Shown here piece by piece: positions 62,124 through 64,000 of a stretch of DNA of 64,000 bases. Position 1 is the first letter of the stretch, and each line of letters begins with the position of its first letter. Both the position numbers and the translations under genes were made by a program. This DNA is from Mobula hypostoma (Eukaryota): NCBI RefSeq assembly GCF_963921235.1, contig NC_086097.1, positions 27,468,001 through 27,532,000 on the forward strand, in the 5' to 3' direction. The notes below the pieces were generated by a model. The model saw only the letters and a program-made list of their open reading frames with translations, was not told where the DNA came from and ran no database searches.

Positions 62124-63681
62124 CTGAGGTGCAGAAGCACAGAAGCAACAAAATAGTCAACAATGAACAGGAAAGTTTGGTTTTGACTGAACTAAAGAAG
62201 TCACTTCTTTGGAGTTGAGCACCACAGAAGTCAGATGCTGTTTCCCGTTATTTCCAATCTATGAAACATCAATTCATCAAAAATTGTATTTTTTATAACA
62301 AACCTCACTCATATGCCTTTCTTTTCCTTGTACGTATGTACATCCACCATGCCGTAGGCACATTATGGATGCTGTGTTGTGCTCTAGTGAAAACAAAATG
62401 CTGAGAATACTCAGCATCCCCAGAAAGGGAAATAGAGATAGTGTTTAAGGTCAGAGACTCACCTGAAATGTTAACTCTGTTTGTCTCTCCGGATATATTG
62501 ACTTGGGCTGCTGAGTGTTCCCAGCATTTTAATTTAGAGATGTTTAGCAGGTGCATTTTTTCCCAGACAATACTGTACTGAACTGAACAGAACAGACAAC
62601 TCAATGGATAAGACAAGTGTATGGACTGTGCTAGATGGGTAACTGAGTGGATGCAACACAAAGCTACACAAGCAACCTAATGACAGTGCACAAACCTAAA
62701 TGGACAAATCAGAAGACACTGCATTGGGCCAGGTAGACAACCCAGCAGCCACTGGATATCAGCAACTCACTTCACTATGCCTTATAAACAACTTGACTGA
62801 CACTAAGAATCCGATAGGCACTGTTCTGTACTAAATAAGCAACTTATAGGCATTGCACGTGGACTATGTTATGGATCATTCTACATTAGCAAGAGTGGGT
62901 AAATTAGAACATAGAATAATACTGCACAGAACTATAAAACATTTCAGCACAGTACAGGCCCTTCAGCCTATGATGTTGTGCCAACCTTTTAATCTACTCT
63001 GAGATCAATCTAAACCTTCCCTTCAACATAGTTCTCCATTTTTCTTTTGTCCATGTATCTATCTAAGAGACTCCTAAATGCCTATCTACCACTACCACTA
63101 TCCCTAGCAGCATGATCCACACACCCACCACCCTTTGTGTAAAACTCTGACATCCTCTCCTATACTTTCCTCTGAACACCTTAAAATTATGCTCCCTCAT
63201 ATTGGCTATTTCAGTCCTTGGTAAAGTCTCTGGCTGTCCACTCAATCTATGCGACTTATCATCTTCTACACCTCTATCAAGCCACCTCGCTCCATCTTCA
63301 CTCCACAGAGAAAAGCCCTAGCTGACTCAATCTATCCTCTTAATACATGCCCTTTAATCTAGGCAGCACCTTGGTAAACCCTGGAATTTAGTAACCAATT
63401 TAATTGGGCTTTGCAGCAGGTTTTAACACACAATCTGCTGGAAGAACTCAGCAGGCTGAGCAGCTGGGGGTGTCACTGGGGGTGGAAGAATCATTGATAT
63501 TTTGGGTCAAAACACTGCATCAGTATTGTTGCTCTAGATTACTGTATCTGCAGTTCTCATATCTCTTGAGCAAACTTTTGACTGTGGATCACTATTTCTG
63601 TTGGAAATGGAACTGGGGGGAGGGTGGTGGTGGGAAGTAAAATTTTCCTTGATTTCTTCTTCAAAATCAGAATAAGGAAGA

Positions 63682-63780
63682 TTCTGATGACGGATCTCGC
63701 CCCAAAACATGGACTATTTATCCGCTCCATAGATGCTGCCTGACCTGCTGAGTTCCTCCAGCATTCTGAGTGTGTTGCTC
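63682..63780 (+). mobile_element. Decayed Penelope pLTR/hammerhead module
   Basis: ctgatgacggatctcgccccaaaacatggact...catagatgctgcctgacctgctgagttcctccagc...tgtgttgc. CUGAUGA is kept but GAAA is lost. Confidence 0.7.
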
Positions 63781-64000
63781 CTCAAAGAAGCCAGTAAACC
63801 TGTCCCTTGTCTCGGTGCTGACATCAGTCCCTTGGTGAACAGAAGAACTTCCCAGGATTCCTTCCCATGATTTACCATTTTTTCTTATTCCTTGTATGAA
63901 CTATCAGATTGATATACAAGCTCCAATTAAGCTCAAAAATAGGTCTCATACCACCGGCAATTCACTGGCACTTAATCGGGAGAAGTGCTGTGCAAGTAAA

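Overview
Eukaryotic (vertebrate) genomic DNA, not prokaryotic. The mix of CR1 LINEs, V-SINEs, Rex1/Babar and Penelope elements suggests a cartilaginous fish, probably a ray; this is inference only. The window lies inside TTC7B on the minus strand. Four coding exons (62051-62123, 60332-60492, 39179-39295, 11568-11665; 449 bp total) have canonical GT-AG boundaries and compatible phases. They are separated by introns of 1.6, 21.0 and 27.5 kb filled mostly with nested transposable elements: CR1, Rex1/Babar, RTE, L1, Penelope-like, Gypsy LTR, Tc1/mariner, Tigger/pogo, PIF/Harbinger, Helitron and SINEs. The most notable signal is a young Neptune-type Penelope-like retroelement in partial-tandem form, carrying two minimal type-I hammerhead ribozymes 3,508 nt apart. 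Solo and fold-back derivatives of the same ribozyme module are scattered through the window, and two of them flank a TTC7B exon in the sense orientation. Family names come from motif recognition, not database searches. Boundaries of old decayed repeats are approximate.
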